Shown: one piece after another, positions 24,955-37,274 of the stretch
Layout of the letters: each line of letters begins with the position of its first letter
How positions within the stretch are numbered: position 1 is the stretch's first letter
From: Leidyana gryllorum EB-2025a
Taxonomy: Eukaryota; Protista; Apicomplexa
Direction of reading: 5' to 3'
Assembly: GCA_048772705.1 (NCBI GenBank)
Contig: JBLWGC010000194.1
Location: 1-64,000, forward strand
DNA length: 64,000 bases
Translations under genes and position numbers: made by a program
The notes under the pieces: model-generated
What the model was told of the DNA's origin: nothing
Databases searched by the model: none
The model's input: only the letters and a program-made list of their open reading frames with translations

Positions 24955-26335
24955 TTAACCTTCTCCATAAAGAATTTCGGTGGCCAACAAGTAGACCGGC
25001 GGCTCAGTCTGGCCGGACCTTGGCCCCAAGACATAAGACACGAGACAGGGGGACCCGTGCTCAATTATCTCTGCATCTTGAACATACATGCGCACCTCGC
25101 TGGGTTGAGCAAAGTCAGTATCTGTACCACTCAGCTGCCAAACAACCGCCCATTCGTGTGCCTCTGGTGGACACTTTATCAGCAGAGATACAGCAGCTTG
25201 AAGTACACTCAGATCGGTTACTTTGGTACACCCAACCGAACAGTCAACAGTCGATAGGGCGCTCTGGGGGCCGCTAGTCGAAAAAGGTCGAGTAGTGGCC
25301 AGAGATGATCGTATCAGTGTTGATGAAGACATTGGTATGGCTTTAGAGAATCTGAATCGTTGTGCGTCTCCAATCAAAGAGTAAGGGGCTTAGGCTTACT
25401 CAATTATGCCGAGATTGGATGGCACCGATGGATCTTTGGGTCCGAAAGTTGGCACTGTTGAATTAAAACTTCTCTGGCCGAGATTGAAGTCCAGATCCAC
25501 CACCCCATATTGGTCACCCCCGACCAACACCTTCCACTGCTCCGTGTTCTCCATTCCCATGTGCAGTCGGCTGCGGTTGACACCAGTCGGGAACCTCGAG
25601 GGAAGATGTCCATCCGCCCCCACACGGTGAATCACAAGACGGCTGCCAGGACGCAAGTCGATTATGTATATGCACGACGATCACACGTACCGGAGGCCTT
25701 GATCGGAATTGTCGGCAATCGGCTTGAGGATTGAGAATAGTACGAAGCAAATGAGATTGAGAAGAGTCCACTGACAGGACAAAAACGGTCGTACGGAGCG
25801 AAGGCCTTCCAAACTTACGAAGCGGGTTCGAGTGTGTTCGCGCGGGGAGACGCGCTCGAAGCAAAGTGCTGAAATGACATTATGAGGCTGTCGGGAGAGG
25901 AACTCAGAGCTCACCGATGAGCCAAGGCCACGGTGGGACCAGACAGCCGATAACGAGGAGAAGGGCTGCGTGACGAGCGTCATCGGCGCCATCAACAAGA
26001 GTAAACGCCCCAGCAATATATGTATCCCAGAAGCGTCTCCATCGGCTGGTCGGCGGGTTGGGGGGTCCGGGTTCCACAATGATGGGCTCGATTTGCAGTG
26101 CTGCGACGGCCCGGACGATATCCTCTCGCATGGCTGCGGGAAGCCCGAAAACCTCTATTTCATCCAACTCTGTCTGTTGTTGCTCATCGTCAATGACCTC
26201 GTCAGGAATGTTGTTGGCATTCTCCACTTCTTCAACCTCGGAGTCGCGATCATTAGCGTCTTCACCGTCTTCAGTACCCTCCGCATCACGTATTTGGGTC
26301 CATCGTCGCCCGAAAAAGCGCCAGGGGCGCACCAT
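24955..26335 (-). CDS. Unknown membrane protein, tandem paralog A (multi-exon, 3' end uncertain)
   Basis: MVRPWRFFGRRW start and four ~46-48 nt introns joining the ORF-track fragments. Collinear similarity with paralog B. Confidence 0.75.
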
Positions 26336-26700
26336 CTGGGAGCTTTTGTCATTTTCACCTCCTCTCCACTCACCTCGCCAGACCCAATCACATCCGCCAA
26401 TAGCCTCCTCTATCAGCTTAAACACACACACCTATCTATTCTCCTACAGGAACTAAAGTATGGATTTCGCAACACTCAAAGTCTTGTTCAGCAACCTATT
26501 CTGGCGGTGATGTTCGACGCCACAACTGTTCCGTATTCCTGCCCTCCATTGCTCAACACTATAACAGGCTCTGCTTTGAGGCCGGGGGTAATCAGCGCAA
26601 TCCGTCACCCCAATGCTCTCACCACCGAGAAGGCGGTGACAAGAGGTTAGTCGCTTAGTGATGCAGCACAGAACTTTGCTGATAGGGATCTGCGAGCCTC

Positions 26701-28117
26701 TCAGCCGAAACTGAAACCATTCCAGTTGAGGGGACTCTTCACTTTGGCCAGTGGCGGATGGTTGAGGTGGAGAATGTCCGTTCCTTCCAGAAAGAAGATG
26801 GGATCCCACTTATCTTCCCTGGGCCCCAGAACGTAGGCTAGTTTGCACTCTCGATTGAATCGGAGAGTGAGCTGTACATCTTGAATCCAAGTGCTCATGC
26901 TCCCTTCGTGCGTCAATTCACCAGTCTGAAGCTGCCAAAGCACAATCCACGTTGGGGCATTCGGAGGACACCTCGTAACCAGATGGATTCGTGACTGCAA
27001 CATGTTGAGGTCGTCGACTTGAACACATCCTGCTGTACAGTCAATGGTGATCAACTCGCGATCGTTTTGCTGCGGTATTTGCAGCGGATGGGTGCTGGCG
27101 AACGTTGACCGAATCACCGTGAAGTTTCGCACTTCAAAAGGGTGGTTCAACCTGAGTGGACACCGAGTTTGGGGCCGCTCGCTGACTCACGCACTCTATC
27201 ACGGCGGTTTTTGTTGGCAATTGGTCGTCCGCTGAGCGGTCTCTGCTCGGGAGGCCTAGAAATGGGAACTCGAGACGCTGAGGTTGGAAGTATGGGTCAG
27301 AGACAGCTCCTCCGTGGGTCACTGTCCACTGATTGGGGTCGTCCATATGAAAGCGCTGGAGACTGCAATCAGGGTCCAGGCGGAACCGAGGCGTCAGAGA
27401 GTCGACTGCGTGCTGAATGTGCATAACGGGCCTGACAGAGACGTTGCTTCATTCTTTCCCATTGAGCTCTCACACGAAGGGGATGTTGGCGGCCGTTAAC
27501 ATCCGGACCACCCAGATGGCGAGCATCAGCAGGTGAATGAGGAAGGCCTTTGAGGTGACATTGAAGTGTTGGTGCTTTCAACAGCGTCACCTACAGTCGT
27601 GCGCCGTGGGTTGACGCCGAATGGGTTGTCAGGATCCCAACGCTGTCCGCCCAGATGCAACATGCCAACCATTTGGGGGGTAACTAACGAGCTTCTTCCA
27701 GACGCATAGGATCTCCTCCTCCTCACCGTACCACATGGAAGACTCCAGGACAGACCGATCCGTGACGAAGAGACATGAAAAGCGCGATTGACAAGACACA
27801 AGGAACAGGAAGGCCGAAACTCGGATGTCGTCTCCACCATTAACGAGCAGAAAGCGACTGCGGGCCCATAAGGCACTCAAATACCAGAGGAAAGCTCGAC
27901 CTTCCACATTGCGACGTTCTTCGATCTGAAACGCACTGATAGCAGCGCGGGCTCCAATAGTAGCGGGCCTCCTGGTCGACACGATGGCGTTATGACCTGT
28001 CCCAGGCTCAAGACCCCAATCGTCGCTGTCACTAGAACTCTCCTCCTCGTCTGTTTCCACATCCTCTTGGGGTATGCGGTCCCAGCTGCGCCCGAACACC
28101 CGCCATAGACGAGGCAT
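26701..28117 (-). CDS. Unknown membrane protein, tandem paralog B (may extend to ~26453 via further exons)
   Basis: MPRLWRVFGRSW start and four ~42-47 nt introns. Shares motifs with A: DCxxGCxxVxDLxxLQ, CPPxAxxWxVxWQL, QD, CxxxYVLGPR. Confidence 0.75.
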
Positions 28118-28140
28118 GTCAGATTTTTGGATCCTTTGGA

Positions 28141-28572
28141 TCAAGTCCGGGGCGGTTGAGGCTTCCAATCGGTCAAGAAATCACTATAGCGTGTTGGTCT
28201 AAACATGATGCTATCTAAGAAACGAAGTGAGTGAGCTGGGCTGGCCGGGGCCGCTGGCCTTCTCGGCACATTTGTTTCAGGAGTGGCAAGGCGAACCTCC
28301 AAATTGAGATCGGCTCCAGCCTTTTCGAGGAGGGAATTGTGCTAAGATTGGTAGAAGGGTTCTCAATCGTTGTGGGCCGGTGGTGGCCCGTCTCCCCCCT
28401 CCAGGCACCTGTGTGACTGGCTGGATTATTGGTGGCCAGTGGCTTTTCACAACGAGTCTCACCTCAGAAAGCCCGCAGCAACTGTACGAAGGGCTGGCCT
28501 GCTCGACCAAATAGGGTTGGAAGGTGCCAAGAAGGAGTCCGCTGAGCGGACAACTCCGCCAACACCTTCCAT
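28141..28572 (-). CDS. Small hypothetical protein, 2 exons
   Basis: MEGVGGVVRSADSFLAP..., one 54-nt GT-AG intron, open to TGA at 28141. No recognisable motif. Confidence 0.35.
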
Positions 28573-28663
28573 TCCTAACCACGTGGATGTTTCCAGTTGT
28601 TATCTTCTCGAGGCGGCTCATTGAAATACTGTGGCGGTGTTGCGCGTAAATAGTTTGGATGGC

Positions 28664-29415
28664 TCAGAAGTGTAGCTTAGACACCACTATCGATATAGCA
28701 ACCACCAGTACGATGGCAAAGATTCCATACTCTTTAAGCATCGTGAACCACGTTGAGGACCTATCCGGCCGGGACGGCAATGTTCGAGGAGAAAGAAGTG
28801 TGAGTGTGTGTCTCACTTATTTAGGTGTTTCACTTTACTCGCCTCGGACTCCAATTTCTCTCGATTGGCGATGGATGCATCTTGACAGGCTTTGACCAGC
28901 GTCTGATCTCTGCGGATGATCTTGCCATGTTCGACCGCGCGGTCGCGCAGCGCCTAGAATATAGTGAGGAGACGGCTCTATTGTCACTTTCTCTCACCCC
29001 GACCGTTTCTGACATCCCCGTGACCACCTCTTCTCTGTCGTCTGTGGGTGTGGTTGTGGCTGCGGGTGCGGGTGCGGCTGTTTAGAGAGAGTGAACAGAA
29101 TCGAGTCTTCACTGGCTGTCAACCTACGCGCTTCTTTCTCCTTGGGCTTGGGCAGACTCGGTGGCGGCTCCACAGCTTGGACGACTTCGAAGGAGTCCAT
29201 GGCCCGAGTACCGTCCTGCGGAGGTGGTGCGCACTTAGGCAGCCATTCGTCCATCAATTGCTCATAATGATTGCGGATCTGACTCAGAGCTCTATCGATC
29301 AAACGCACTGTATCTGTGTTCGGGTTGTAAGTTTAGTGAGCAGCAAGAAGATTGTCTCACCCCCTTCGAGTTCCCACTTTTTGTGTTGTAGTTCAGCTTC
29401 GACACTGAGGATCTC
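28664..29415 (-). CDS. Tail-anchored SNARE, USE1-like (5' end uncertain)
   Basis: Spliced product ends EVVTGMSETVG/ALRDRAVEHGKIIRRDQTLVKACQDASIANREKLESEASKVKHL...YGIFAIVLVVAISIVVSKLHF*, i.e. a SNARE-length coiled coil plus a C-terminal TM. Confidence 0.55.
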
Positions 29416-30017
29416 CTAAGACGCGATGGTGAAAGGGCACGAGTATGAGAGGCGACGCTCACACTGCCAAGGCCCAATAAACAGGCGCGTCTCCAGATGG
29501 AATCGTCGGGTACCCCATGTGGTACGGGGGGGTACCGATCCCATTGGATCCGACTTTCCGTCTTACTCAAGCCTACCCTATTGCGTAGATAGACAATCTG
29601 TCGAGCACAAAAGGCGATAGTCGCTTGCTGTGTCTCGGTGGGCAGTTTCCTGCCCAAGTTTGCTTGCAGAGACGGCTCGTCATAGAGGATAGGGTGGGTG
29701 AGGGATTTGAGGGGGCCGCCTTCTTTGGGTTTGTGAGGCACGAGGGGCTCATGGCCGTAGTTGAGTTGTCTGACAGGTCCGACTTCTTGGCCCCAAGCCC
29801 CTTGTGTACGGCCATAGACGAGCATCTTAAACTCATCTTGTACGCCAACACAGTCGTACTCATCATCATCCCCACACTCTGGGAGATTCTCGCGGGCGTA
29901 CTCATACAGATTGGTCTCGGGTGGATGGACGACTTTTCGGGGCGGATCGGGCCTACGTATAGCATTTTCTGCAGCTGGCGCATTCTGCACCTGTTGCACC
30001 ATGTGGTTGTTCCTCAT
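29292..30017 (-). CDS. Hypothetical ORF, either a separate gene or the 5' exon of the SNARE-like gene
   Basis: Open from ATG 30017. A GTGAGC...TTAG intron near 29462-29416 would join it in frame to the SNARE exons. Confidence 0.45.
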   Translation of the reverse strand: MRNNHMVQQVQNAPAAENAIRRPDPPRKVVHPPETNLYEYARENLPECGDDDEYDCVGVQDEFKMLVYGRTQGAWGQEVGPVRQLNYGHEPLVPHKPKEGGPLKSLTHPILYDEPSLQANLGRKLPTETQQATIAFCARQIVYLRNRVGLSKTESRIQWDRYPPVPHGVPDDSIWRRACLLGLGSVSVASHTRALSPSRLRRSSVSKLNYNTKSGNSKGVRQSSCCSLNLQPEHRYSAFDR

Positions 30018-30075
30018 CGCTGCAAACCTGTTGGCCACTTTTTGTGTCAATCCCCTTTATAATCCTTTCAATCAG

Positions 30076-30546
30076 ATGCTGGGTGGTCAAGTCCTTTATC
30101 CCTACTTCTACGCTCAACAACAACAACGATTCCCCCTCGTGCACCCGACAACTAATTTGCAACAAAGTCAACAAAACAAGAAACCGGTTGCCAAAGAGTT
30201 AGAAATGAGTGACAAAGCCAAAAGGGAGTTGGCTCAGATCGCCAACGAAGGATCCCAATATCTGGAAATTGCTAAAGCCTGTGACCAACTCCTGGAACGT
30301 CATCAGGATGGATTGGGTCTCCTCAATATTGATATACCCAGAATGCTCGAACATACATACTTCCCGGAACCCCATCGCCATCTCACCATTATGATGCTTG
30401 GATGCTTAGCGCTGCGTGCACGAATGACCTTCTTGGTGACATATCTGCGGCCTGTCTTGGACGTGCTGGAGAAGCATCCGAAGTTTATGACTGACGGTGA
30501 TTTCCTCGGAGCCATAAGGCTCATCAGTCGACTCAAAGCGAAATGA
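30076..30546 (+). CDS. Hypothetical protein with a Gln-rich N-terminus and helical C-terminus
   Basis: First ATG outside the antisense overlap is at 30076. Protein-like composition. Confidence 0.6.
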   Translation: MLGGQVLYPYFYAQQQQRFPLVHPTTNLQQSQQNKKPVAKELEMSDKAKRELAQIANEGSQYLEIAKACDQLLERHQDGLGLLNIDIPRMLEHTYFPEPHRHLTIMMLGCLALRARMTFLVTYLRPVLDVLEKHPKFMTDGDFLGAIRLISRLKAK

Positions 30547-30560
30547 TCATCCGCAACAAC

Positions 30561-32849
30561 TCAAGAAGCTTCCTTTGGCACGGGGGCTGTGACAGACGTT
30601 CGCACCTCAAAGTGCGTAGTCACTCCATTGGACTCTTCCTTTCTCTTCTGAGTGTATTTCCTCTCACGCTTGCGCAGGAGCTCTATCGTTTTCCGCGCCT
30701 CGTCTTTCTCGCTTTGGGGGTCAACGAAGGATCCGGGAATCACAAACGGCTCTTCACCCTTCACACTGCCCACGCGGTTGAGGTCCACTCCTCCCATCCC
30801 TTCGCCACCGACCTTTGGCATTTTCACGTCTTCACCCGATGCCTTACGCTCGGCCTTAACCTCCTGATAATCCTTCAGTTGCTCAGCAACCACGTCTCTC
30901 AGTGAGCCGGGACTAAGCGCGGGCGCCCCACCCAGACTCGCAGCTGTACCCTTCAGACTCTTCTCCTGGACAAACTTGGGCAACTCTACCGACTTACGGG
31001 CTGCCACCGTCTTGGCGATCGCCGCTTTCGCCTTGGACAGCCCCGCTCCTTGCGATGCCATTGTGCTCTTGGCTGGGGGTGTCGACGGCGGACCCGCCTT
31101 GGGGAATGGGGGAGTGGGTACCTTGGACGGAGGGGGAGACTTCTCCTTCTCCTTCTCGGTCGTTTGTGGTGTGGCCACCTTGGAGGGTGGTGGTGTTTTG
31201 ATGGTTGGCGTTGCCGCCGGGGCCTTCACGTCTGGGGGTGATGTCTGTGTTGGAGGGGCGGGTGATGCAGCCTTGTCGGCTTCACCCTCACTTGGACCTC
31301 CTTGAGGCTCCCATCCAGGCACCACAGTCACATTGGTAGCCCTCGGCTCTTCTCCTTGCCCTTCTGCCGCCACCACCACCACACCCGAAGTCTCAGCTCC
31401 ATCAGCCTCCTTCGCGGTGGGAGCAGCTGGTTCAGTAGTCTCCTCAGCAGTCTCATTGGCTGAGGCGGCGGCCGCCGGTGAGGCGCCAGCCTCTGCAGGA
31501 GGGGCTTTCTGCTCAGTTTCATCGACATTCTCGGATGTACCGCTGATGGGTGCCGGGACGTTTTTGGGGGCGGTCCGGCCAGCTGTGCCTGCTTTGGGTT
31601 GCGGAGCTGGGATTTTGGATCGGGGAGGGCCAGCAGATTTGGTCAAGGCCGTTCCCTTCGCTTTGGGAGCGTTTTCAGGCTGTCGTCCCGTCTTGGTGAG
31701 GATTTTGGGAGCCGCTGTCTTGGGTACGGCTTTCTCGGCCACCTTGATGACTGGTGTGGGCGTCTCGGAGGTATTTTGGGACTGAACGATATTGATGTTG
31801 GGCCGTGACACGAGTCTGTCAACTTTGGCGGCGGCGGGCGATCTCTCGCTTGACATTGACTTTTGCAGATCCTTGACCTGTTCTATGACTTTGCTCGTTG
31901 ACGATCTCAGATCCGTGAAGTTTCCCGTGGTAGACTTGTCGACACTTCCAGATTGGGCAGTCCCAGACCGGTTGGGGTTTGGGGATATGGAACGCATCAC
32001 CTGACTACGCAGCGCGGCGGCTGGAGACTGTTGTAGTTTCTTAGCAGAGCCCCTCCGTGATTCAGAGATAATAGTACCTGGTTTCTGAAGCCCTTGTTGT
32101 GCTGCAGACTCCGCCGCGTGCTCGGCCTTGTCAGCCTCTTCCAGCAGCACTCGCATCCGATTGTTCCAGCAGGAACGCGCTTCGTACTGTTTGACGTCGG
32201 AGATGTCGAAAGCGGACTGCAAATCGAGACGTCCGGCTTTCTTCCATGCGCGCACCATTTTGGTCTCCAACGGAATTGGTCGAGGGAGAAACCGTCCTCC
32301 CCCGAGACACCGTTCCAGGATGCCGGGAGGTTGTCGATTGATTTTGATGGGCGGCGGTGGAGGTTCCAGCAGGATGGGTTTCAATATCGCCCGCTCTCGA
32401 CACTTCAAGTAGAGCTTATTGAACTCGTCGAGGAACTCCCGGCCTCGATCCATTCGAATCTGACTGAGGTTCTCGTGGCCCCGCAAGACATACGAGAGAT
32501 AGTCTCTGAGTTCCACAGCAAAGGCGAGAAGTATTGTGTACAGTTTCGGACTGAGGAAGAATGTTCTCCGGTTGAAGGCCGAGTCACCCAGACTTGAAAC
32601 TTCCTGACGGAAATTTGATCGGCGAAGCAACTCCACTTGCTTCGGCTGTAACGAAGACAGCTGCACAGAGAGATGACGAGCGGAGATTGAAAGTGGATCT
32701 CTCACTTTGATAAACTCCAGAGACGTCAGAAGCTCTTGCAACGAGTCCGAGAGAGTGTGAGCCTCACCCTCCATGCTAAAATGGGACGGTGGCATGCCAT
32801 ATTGGTAAGGAGAGCTCTTACACTGCGAGATTCTGAACGTGGAGGGCAT
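30561..32849 (-). CDS. Hypothetical protein, 762 aa, helical N-terminus and long Pro/Ala/Lys/Thr-rich disordered region
   Basis: Uninterrupted 2.3-kb ORF. Confidence 0.8.
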   Translation of the reverse strand: MPSTFRISQCKSSPYQYGMPPSHFSMEGEAHTLSDSLQELLTSLEFIKVRDPLSISARHLSVQLSSLQPKQVELLRRSNFRQEVSSLGDSAFNRRTFFLSPKLYTILLAFAVELRDYLSYVLRGHENLSQIRMDRGREFLDEFNKLYLKCRERAILKPILLEPPPPPIKINRQPPGILERCLGGGRFLPRPIPLETKMVRAWKKAGRLDLQSAFDISDVKQYEARSCWNNRMRVLLEEADKAEHAAESAAQQGLQKPGTIISESRRGSAKKLQQSPAAALRSQVMRSISPNPNRSGTAQSGSVDKSTTGNFTDLRSSTSKVIEQVKDLQKSMSSERSPAAAKVDRLVSRPNINIVQSQNTSETPTPVIKVAEKAVPKTAAPKILTKTGRQPENAPKAKGTALTKSAGPPRSKIPAPQPKAGTAGRTAPKNVPAPISGTSENVDETEQKAPPAEAGASPAAAASANETAEETTEPAAPTAKEADGAETSGVVVVAAEGQGEEPRATNVTVVPGWEPQGGPSEGEADKAASPAPPTQTSPPDVKAPAATPTIKTPPPSKVATPQTTEKEKEKSPPPSKVPTPPFPKAGPPSTPPAKSTMASQGAGLSKAKAAIAKTVAARKSVELPKFVQEKSLKGTAASLGGAPALSPGSLRDVVAEQLKDYQEVKAERKASGEDVKMPKVGGEGMGGVDLNRVGSVKGEEPFVIPGSFVDPQSEKDEARKTIELLRKRERKYTQKRKEESNGVTTHFEVRTSVTAPVPKEAS

Positions 32850-33134
32850 CCGTATAGGAGTTCTCCACCTTCAAGTCACGGAGCCCCTGGCGTTGACGCA
32901 TCTGTAGCAGCTGCCGCAGCCTTGTCAGAGACGCCAAGGCAGCCAAAAGCATGGTCAATGTAGAGTCATGTTGCTGCACACACGAGTTCACGAGTAGACG
33001 CCGTTTTCACAGGGCGCTTACTTTGAGTAATGATGAAGGAGTGCCACATGTTCGAGATTGAGGTTCTGTCATTGGGGATGGGGGGTTTGTGGGGTAGTGT
33101 TTGTGAACAATTTGAAGTACGACACAAGTGCATG

Positions 33135-34910
33135 TCACGCTTTCTCCCGCCGTCTGGCTTTGAGTTTGTCAGCTTGAGCCTTCTCAGCTTTCTCTCGTTT
33201 CTGTGAGAAAGAATAAATTCCGGTGTGACACATTGAGGACAGTCGCTTACCTCGACGCGTTCGTACATTTGCCGCTTCTTGCGCGGGAGAGCCATCTTCC
33301 CTCTGACACGGGCGGTCTCCTCTCTGGTGAAGCACAGCAGAATATGAGAGAGACGGGAGAATCGCGAATACTTACTGTTTCTGCTCTTTGGCTTTGCGAA
33401 TTTGCACCAGTTTCTCGCCGAGCTCTTTCTCGCCAGACGGCTTGGCCGGCACTTCAACGGTGGACGGGATGGCGGTCGCCTCCACGATGGCCGTAACCTC
33501 CTCGTGCAGAGTGTCGCCGGCAGCAGTGCCGAGCAACGCGTCTTTGCTCAGGGCGCCCGCCTCCAGACCCACCTCGGCAAGACTCTCACGGACAGACTTG
33601 CCAGCCCATTCCTCGAGCACCTTGCGTTGCTCAGGAACGTAACCTTCGGCTTCGTCATCGACGAAAGGTGACAGGTGAGGTGGCGGGGTTGCGCCAGGAC
33701 GATAGGGCACGGTGGGAATGAGCTCAGCCACATTGATACAGTCAAAGACCCACTGGGGCACCACCAAGATTCTGTCTTGGATGTTGTCAATTTTCAAGGC
33801 GGCGATCGCACTCTCTGGCCTATCCAGAACATGATGGGTGATTCTGGCGTCCTTCATGTTCAGCACACTCATCGGTTTGTGGAAAGACTCGTCAATGACG
33901 GGCTCATCGAAACCAACGAGTTTGGCACCGCAAGCTTTCAGACAGAAGACCATCTGCCATATGGGGGTGTCTCGACTGACATACAATACTTGTTTCTCGA
34001 AGAGACGGCGTCTCTTGACCGCGTCGGCCGAGTCACTTTGCAGAGGCGAAGTCTCAGACTTGGAGGAGAAAGGGTTCGTGGCGGGCGAGGACTCGTCGCC
34101 TCCCTCAACCGGAGCCAAAGCAATGTTCAGCCAGCGACCTGCAGCCAAGCGAGCTTTATTGGTCACTATGTTGGCCGGGGGGTACTGATAGCCGCACATC
34201 TTGTACAGCTTATACAAAACGAAGCGCAGAAGCTCGGTATACAGCTGCAAAAATGTCGCCATGACCTTGAGGTCAACATCGTGGTCCTTGGAAACTGGGA
34301 ACTCGTGGGGCGAGAGCCAGACAACCTTCACTCCCTTGACGGTGGCCTGATAGTAATAGCCCTTGATGGATGCAAAAACTTTGTCCAAGCACCCCTGATC
34401 GGCGATCAATGCCATCCATTGGTCCAACAATATCCGACATTCGGTGACCAATTCCCCTGTGATGGAATCGTCGTTTGCAACGGGAAGGTTAGCGAAAAGG
34501 GCTATGCAACTCAAAGCATCGTCCAAATCCCCCAAAGCGTACTCCAAAGTTGGATAACGCTCCTTGATGATATGTGCTAAGCCCGGCCGGCTCGCCTCCG
34601 CGCGTTCAGCAATCGTTCGCGCTCTGTGGAACTCCTGTTTGCAAACGGCCTTGCGGACCCGCCGTTTGGCCACCTTGTCCGCCCGGAAGGTTTCAAGCAA
34701 AGGTTCGTGGGCTAAGTGAGTAATATCCTTGGCATGATAATAAACCTTGTCACGCCCAGCCAACTTCCTCTTTGGTACTCTCGGAAAGATACCCTTCAGA
34801 ATACATAGCTTCCTAAAGTCCGCGAGCGATACACCCAGACGTCGAAGTGCCTTGGCGCGCGACACGTACAACGCCGCTTCCCCCGTTCGTGGCCTCCACG
34901 GTTTCACCAT
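33135..34910 (-). CDS. PES1: Pescadillo / Nop7 ribosome biogenesis factor
   Basis: YVSRAKALRRLGVSLADFRKLCILKGIFPR, IIKERYPT..ALGDLDDAL, KVFASIKGYYYQ, BRCT PQWVFDCIN, PPHLSPFV. True start is 34910. Two 3' introns lead to the stop at 33135. Confidence 0.96.
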
Positions 34911-34944
34911 GGCACTCAAAAAACGGGCGAAAATTTCAAAGGGA

Positions 34945-37241
34945 TCATATGAAGGGCTCTGAACTATCTCGGATCTTCCGGGCGGGTCTGGGGGGTGTAG
35001 CCGGACGATCCGACAATGACAGCCTGTGAGAGAGAGACAGCAATGAGAGAGAGCTCTCCCCGCGCGCATCCGACTTACCATTGGCTCTTCGCCTCTGTTC
35101 GATCTGGGGGATAGATTATCTTGGGCACTACCGTTAAGTCGCGTCTAATGAATAGGAGAGCTCCAGCATTCTTGTGATTGCAGTAGTCGGTGGCTGCGAA
35201 AGAGAGAGACAGAGAGTTGAGTCGAGAGGAACGGTGTGTCTGTGCTTTGTATTTACCGGAGAATAGAGTAATCAAACGGCCACCAGCAAATCGCTCAAAG
35301 CCATCATGTACACACTCATGGGCTCGGATGATAAGGCACAAGTTATTCCGGGAGTTGAAGTCATGCACTCTATCCGGACCAAACTTCACAATATGGCCAG
35401 CGCGGTCGGGGTCGCGGATGTCATTAGGAATGATGCCAAAAACGGAATCGTTTTCCGTTGGATCACTCCAAAGTAAGTCAGTTACGCGTTGTTCCTGCAA
35501 CAGTGAGTAGTTTACGGCTCCGCCCACCGACAAACTCATTTACCAAAGGAGTGCTGGGGGACTGAGATACTTTGAGAGGTCTGGGAATCTCGGTGATATC
35601 CTGGATACTCGATACAGATCCACCGATGCCTCCGTGGATGCACAAAATCTTATCCTCAATCACGGCCCCCAGCGGGAGGTATTCGAACATCTTGATTGCA
35701 GAGACACACACAATCAAACGTCAGTGTGCAGAGAGCTAGCAGCTTACCAAGTTGAAGGCTCTCCAACAACTCTGTGGATCATCGACATCTTCGGATAGTC
35801 GGTTACGACACTCATCCTTGAACCCATAGGTGCAATTGATCACAGGATCTTCATGATTCCCACGAATCAAGTGCACTTGCTTCGGGTACTTTAGCTTGAG
35901 CGTTAGTAACAGACATATCACTTCCAGACTGCGCAAGATATGATATGGCTTAGTGGCTGACTCGGTTCACATACCTGTGATGCCCCCGATCCACATAGTC
36001 ACCCAGGAAAAGGTAATCATTGCAGTCTATATCACCGTGAATGCGATCCATTTCTGGTGGCAGATCATTCTCGTCCTGCCAATCCTCCTCAACTGGACAT
36101 TTGTATGTCCCAAACAATCTCATTAGGTCATAGAATTGACCGTGGATATCGCCATACACTGATTGTCGACCAACACAGATGAAGGGTATTGCAAGCGTGC
36201 GTTACCTTTGATAGGTGCCCGCAACTTCAACACCATTTCCTCTTGCCGAAAAATGTCAGTGCACCGTTGAATCAATAACTTGACTTCATCCCAACTTAAG
36301 CAGAACAAACTTTGACTATTGAACTCCCGTTCGATCCGTTGAAGAGTGATATTGGGCTGCACAGCGGGCGGCTCCAAGCAGTCGAGGGTCCGGCGGCACT
36401 TACCCGTAAGAGACGGCATAGAAATGTGTCTGCAAGCCCATCAGGTTGCTCGTCAACTGCAGGCAATCCATGCCCCGCTTGCAATGGTGTCTGGTGGCAC
36501 CTAATCTTCTTGCTTTCGTCTGCGAGTCTATCAATGCTGATCTTCCGGACCAAAGTTGAAAAGTCCGGGTTGTGTGGACTGTCCACCTTGGTGTGGACGT
36601 GACTCGCCATTCGCACATTGTTATCCCTCATTGGCGTAGAAGCGGTTCGTCCCATTGGTGGCGCCGTTCTGTTCACGACACCGAACATTGTAGAAGAAGG
36701 AAGAGTGTCTCCAAAGCTCACGCTGTAACTGGAGCTCGGCGGCTTCCCACACTCTGACTGCCCCGCATATGACTATCGGGAGGTTGAGACGGAGTCAGAG
36801 CAGACTGAGTCGGCTGAGCCCGACGATTTGGGCGGCCAGCTCCCCAAGTCTCGAGTAGTGCTGGGTAACAGAGGAAGGGTCGGGCCGGATTCGAGTTGGA
36901 GGTCTCACCTGCGATGTCCAGACATTGCAAATCTCCCGTTGGATGCGACTGGGTCTGATGATCAAACCCTCCGAAAGTATACAAAGCTGTCTGGTTGGTC
37001 CACGACGCATGGCGGAACTGAGAGTGGAAAGGAAGTTTTTGTTTGTTTGAGAGAGAGAGAGGTTGTCTCTCGTTCAGCTTACTCGTCCCATTCCGGCCAG
37101 ACACTTCCATTCGCAACCTTCTGTGTCATATACAGCTGTGGGCAGCTGCTTTCCCACGTCCTCCTCTCTTCCGCCACAGATAAACATTCGGGTACCGATG
37201 AAGGACGCAGCTGAAAGTGGTGGGGGAGACATGGCATTGGC

Positions 37242-37274
<33 letters not shown>

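Noticed and set aside
24955-28168. Frameshifted pseudogenes or an alternative genetic code explaining the fragmented ORFs
   Set aside because: The breaks examined are resolved by canonical short GT-AG introns under the standard code.
34911-35081. N-terminal extension of the Pescadillo ORF in the ORF track
   Set aside because: This stretch is the last intron and exon of PPKL in another frame. PES1 homology starts at 34910.
37242-37274. (GA)n microsatellite
   Set aside because: An ordinary intronic CT-rich tract in PPKL.
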